DNA from: Cladosporium halotolerans
Lineage: Eukaryota
Assembly: GCF_011745625.1 (NCBI RefSeq)
Contig: NW_027191459.1
Coordinates: 620,001-684,000, forward strand
Reading direction: 5' to 3'
Length of the DNA stretch: 64,000 bases
A model generated the notes under the pieces. The model was given only the letters and a program-made list of their open reading frames with translations, was not told where the DNA came from and searched no databases. Positions within the stretch are counted from its first letter, which is position 1. Every line of letters starts with the position of its first letter. This document shows, in pieces, positions 60,114-64,000 of this stretch. A program made the translations under genes and the position numbers.

Positions 60114-61001
60114 GAGGCTTGAGTGCGTTTTTCGAGCTTGAGTCTTAAGAAGAGGCCATTGGCTTTGAGGGAGGAGCAACAGAACCGCAGCCCACAGCAA
60201 TCCAGCCTCGCAACGGTGTGGCAATTCGAGATTCGCCACAGGTGGCCGACCAGGACTCATTACACGAGTAGATGGACAACAAAAGCGCGCCCGACGGCAC
60301 TCAGCAATCCTCAGCCTCCGCCACTGCAAACTGAATATCTATTGTTCGTCTTTTGCGCGGCCAATACACGAGACGTCTCATGTCGAACGCTTCATCAATA
60401 GTCATCTCTGATCCGGAAAGAGTCCAGCTCTCGTGCCGTACCGGCCACGCGGAGAGAGGAAATCCCACGCGTATTCACGGCACATCCCAATGCTTGCCGC
60501 CACCGCTTGGAAATACATAGTCACCTTGCCGCCCGGCCGGCAGCTGGCTTGGGATGCTGATAGTAAGGCGATGCGCACTTCTCGCAACTGCGCCGGGGAT
60601 CTTGGATGTTGTGCTGATAAAGGGACAACAAGTCGGTGGTGTACGAAGGTATCGGTCGATAGTAATACTGAATGAACGGAGGCTTGGAAGGAAGACTTAT
60701 CCTTCCAGGATGGGCTGTGAATCCGGATTGGTATGGCTTGACCTCCTTGTTCATCCTCATAATCATTATATCGGTGACTTGTGTTGTGTTGTCATCTGCA
60801 ATCCATGTCCACAGTGTTGCTTGCGCTGTGAAGCCGAAGCCGCAGAACATTGTACCGTTCACCAGAACAGACCCCTATTCTGTGTACTAATCATTCTCAT
60901 ATTACCTTGAGCATATCGGTTTTTGGCCCGCTGCCCTCATTGAGCTGTCCAGGGGGTGAAGCTCGCCTTGCCGGTGCCTTTGTAGGGTATACCATTTCAC
61001 A

Positions 61002-61020
61002 TTAGGGTTAGGGTTAGGGT
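61002..61020. repeat. Short interstitial telomeric repeat (TTAGGG)3
   Basis: TTAGGGTTAGGGTTAGGGT read directly. Confidence 0.85.
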
Positions 61021-61437
61021 AGCTAACCCCAAGCGCCATTTCGGCGTTGCAAATCCTCCATAGGCGTACTTTGATAAGGGTTCCCACCATCTCTATGATT
61101 TACTGACTGGTTCGTCATATGTTACTCCACTGATAGGAACGTTGAAAGGTGCATTGATTGCACGTTGAAGGCTTTCGTGTATTTAAGCAAGCGCTCACTG
61201 GTTGCCGAAGAGGACATGGTACGAGAGGGAGTCAATGGATGCCATGGCTAACATTCACCGCTCGCTAGAGACCGCTTTAAAGAGTAGGCTAACAGCTGAC
61301 CGCTATGAGAAGCACTGGATTACAACAGCGTCGAAGAAGAAGAGAAGACGCAATTCCTAATGCCCGTCTGTCCAGAACAGAAAACGCCGCGCTAATTCAC
61401 ACTAGAACACACACTCTCTGCCTTGCTCAACCCTGTC

Positions 61438-63417
61438 CTAGCCCCAAGGAGACTGTTGCTGTTGCGGCTGCGACGTGCCGGGCCGAGGGAAGACGGGGAC
61501 GGTGTTCATTTGCTCAAAGCCTCCCATCGTCGCTTGCGGCGCGTTCTGCCAGCCTTGACCGGTTTGCTGGTTCATGAACATCGATTGTCGGAAGGGGTTC
61601 GTGCCGGTGGCTTGTACTGATAAGGGAGAGAGGTTCTGTTGTTGTTGCGATGTCGCGGTTTGAGGTCGTGCGAAGGGATTTGTGCCTGTTGCTTGGGATT
61701 GCAAGGGTTGCAGGCCCGTCGGCTGTTGTTGCTGTTGCTGACCGAAAGGAGAAGAAGATTGGGGCTGATTTTGAGCGTTACCGTCCTCGGGTATCGATTG
61801 CACCTGGAACGAGGGCGTTTGTTGCTGCGTGTGCTTGGCGAAAGGGTTCGTTGACTGTCGCTGCAAGCCACCAGTATTGTCTGTGCTGCTCTGGCCACCG
61901 AAAGCACCCATTGACGACCCAGTGGCCATCATGCTTAGCCGGAACGGATTCGTTTGTTGCGCCTGCAGTTGTGCGGGCGCCTGTGCGGGCGCCTGCGGCG
62001 CAGGATTCCCGAATGCCTGCTGAGTGTCTTGTGGAAACGCGCCTCCGCTTGTGAAAGACTGCTGCTGCGGTTGCGGGCCGTATCCTCCGAATCCAGCACC
62101 AGTGTAGTTGGTCTGGACCGGCTGCAATTGCTGCTGTTGCTGAGGCATAGCTTGCTGCTGCGGCTGACCAAATGGGTTGGTCGATTGGTCGAAACCATTC
62201 ATGGGCTGCTGTTGCTGTTGCTGCTGTTGCTGCATGAACGGATTTGTCGATGCATCGTTACCCATGAAGCCATTTGTGGGCTGCTGCGACTGCTGAGGGA
62301 AACCCTGCATCGGTTGCTGGAAACCCAGTTGCGGCGCTCCAAAGCTCGTTTGCTGTGCAGTGACGAAGCCTTGTTGCTGCTGTTGCGGATACTGCTGTAC
62401 TTGCTGTGCCATTGGCTGCTGTTTTTGCTCGATGCTGTCGAAGAAATCGATAAGATCAGGAGCCGGACCTTTGGCCTGTGCAGCGGCGGCTGGCGCGGGT
62501 GCTGTATCGTTTGGCTTGGAACTCGCAGGCTGGCTACTTTTTTGAGCTGCTGGCTTTGAGAACGGCTTGCCAGATTTCTTTGCTTCTTGCTCTGCCAGAT
62601 ATTGCCTCCGGTTGATATCAAACTCCTTGTCGTCCAAATACTCCTGCAAGCTGGCTGCGAGACTCGTAGGTGCATGCTTGATCTTCGGAATCTCCAATCG
62701 CGTCGCATGCTCAAATTGGCGTGCAACACCAAGAAATTGTACCACCAAATCCGTCTGCTTGCAGAATGTCTTGTAGATCTTGATGGCCCGCTCCGCGTCC
62801 GGTTTCGACATCTCAAAATAGTGCCCAAGAACGTTCATTACCGCCTCATTTTCCGCCGCGTACAAGTCAAGCAGATCCCTGGTGAGTAGACGGAATGCTG
62901 TCAGGGATATCTCGTTCTCCAAGTCGTTGTCCAGCATGTTGCACTTCACAAGCGCTCTGACCTGCATCTGAATGATCTCCGTCTCCCTCAATAAACCCTT
63001 ATCCACCGACAACCTCTTCACATGTGCCTGTCCTTCCGCGACAAAGTCGCATTTTGCCGCCTCAAACGCCTGCGCTCGAGCTAGAAGGTACTCAGAATAC
63101 CGCCTGATGTTGTGCCCTTGGGTCTGTACATCGGTGAAACTGTTAATTGCCAGTCGATGTGTTGGTGCGGCACTTAGGTAGCTCAGGGTCACGTTAGGCG
63201 CGCCCTCTTTGATCATCAGGTGGACAATGATCAGCGACTTGAAGGCTACCGTCCATGTTGAGTCGCGAAGTCGATGGGTCAAAGTCCGGAAGACTTCGGC
63301 CACGCCAGCCTCGCCGGACTGGGTCGCGAGCAGGATATGCTCGACATATTTCGATTTAGGCGGCGCGAGCTTGACCTTGGTGCCGCCCTTGACGGACTTC
63401 TCGAAGGAGCTGGACAT
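61438..63417 (-). CDS. YAP1801: ANTH-domain clathrin adaptor (AP180/CALM)
   Basis: MSSSFEKSVKGGTKVKLAPPKSKYVEHIL, WTVAFKSLIIVHLMIKEG, YFEMSKPDA, clathrin-box DLIDF, Q-rich tail with six NPF motifs. Confidence 0.94.
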   Translation of the reverse strand: MSSSFEKSVKGGTKVKLAPPKSKYVEHILLATQSGEAGVAEVFRTLTHRLRDSTWTVAFKSLIIVHLMIKEGAPNVTLSYLSAAPTHRLAINSFTDVQTQGHNIRRYSEYLLARAQAFEAAKCDFVAEGQAHVKRLSVDKGLLRETEIIQMQVRALVKCNMLDNDLENEISLTAFRLLTRDLLDLYAAENEAVMNVLGHYFEMSKPDAERAIKIYKTFCKQTDLVVQFLGVARQFEHATRLEIPKIKHAPTSLAASLQEYLDDKEFDINRRQYLAEQEAKKSGKPFSKPAAQKSSQPASSKPNDTAPAPAAAAQAKGPAPDLIDFFDSIEQKQQPMAQQVQQYPQQQQQGFVTAQQTSFGAPQLGFQQPMQGFPQQSQQPTNGFMGNDASTNPFMQQQQQQQQQPMNGFDQSTNPFGQPQQQAMPQQQQQLQPVQTNYTGAGFGGYGPQPQQQSFTSGGAFPQDTQQAFGNPAPQAPAQAPAQLQAQQTNPFRLSMMATGSSMGAFGGQSSTDNTGGLQRQSTNPFAKHTQQQTPSFQVQSIPEDGNAQNQPQSSSPFGQQQQQQPTGLQPLQSQATGTNPFARPQTATSQQQQNLSPLSVQATGTNPFRQSMFMNQQTGQGWQNAPQATMGGFEQMNTVPVFPRPGTSQPQQQQSPWG

Positions 63418-64000
63418 GAGCTGGACGGATGTGGATCGGGCGGGATGGCGAGAGGCACGGTGTTCCTGGTCTGATTTGATGCGCGATTCAAGGCGGCAGT
63501 GAGAGCATTGTTCAAGGGAGGGGAGTTGCAGTTGCGCGGTGTTTGGAAGGCTGCGGGGGAGTGGTGTACGCCCAAGTCGTCAAGGGAGATTGCCTTGGGC
63601 TTAGCACGTTGTTGGCTGCCGCGCTGTCCCAGCTCGGCCGAAGGCAGCCTTGAAGCTCCGGCTTGGCGATCCGATGCATGCCATCATGGCGGCTTTGAGA
63701 GCGGGAAGAGCAAAGCACAGTACATACTACGCAGCATTCCCTGGTGGGTTGACATTAGAAAATCACGCGCGACCCAGGTGATATATGAGGTCAGTTATGA
63801 CTGCGATCTCCAGGGTTTACCAGGGTCATTAGCGCTTACAACTCCGAACGTGTCAACCACGTGTTTCACTGGGGACGAATACTGTCGCAGTATTGTTACA
63901 GTCAAGGCAGCATTGAATGGCTGGCCTCAACTTGTTGATACGGCTTGACTTTGATCTACCGCGTCGAGGTGCAGAAGGACTGGAAAATGATAACCGGCCC

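Noticed and set aside
60690..61020. Telomerase RNA hypothesis (CCCTAA template on the minus strand plus a downstream ATAAGT 3'-processing site)
   Set aside because: Three full repeats is longer than a typical template, only ~300 nt separate it from ATAAGT, and I see no pseudoknot or CR4/5.

Overview
Gene-dense, intron-containing chromosomal segment from a filamentous ascomycete (Pezizomycotina; probably a Dothideomycete, inferred from protein style only). I can support about 31 protein-coding genes. Most are conserved housekeeping or regulatory genes: the RPS11 3' end, the PRC2 H3K27 methyltransferase KMT6, PEX12, DAD1, RHO4, LCB3, the ergothioneine synthase EGT1, eIF2B-alpha, the iron GATA repressor SreA, TVP15, D-amino acid oxidase, an OTU deubiquitinase, RKI1, ULA1, a DUF866 protein, NOP53, YPT6, KEI1, DCS1, an MFS transporter, a hybrid histidine kinase and AP180. 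There are also two intron-containing tRNAs (Val-TAC, Gly-GCC) and two small accessory-looking gene pairs (APH-kinase + DUF6540-like; PTH11-like + secreted carboxylesterase). I saw no intact transposon, CRISPR array or biosynthetic cluster. The most striking observation is a hidden 10-nt upstream exon that splices in frame onto ribose-5-phosphate isomerase and adds a 37-aa mitochondrial-presequence-like peptide, suggesting a dual-targeted pentose-phosphate enzyme. Other notable items: a tandem-duplicated Zn-binding motif in KMT6, SreA and HapX-type sites in the sreA promoter, a decayed ~42-codon repeat relic, a 5-nt micro-exon, a (GH)6 tail on the MFS protein and two short interstitial telomeric tracts. 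All calls come from manual reading; no database searches were run.
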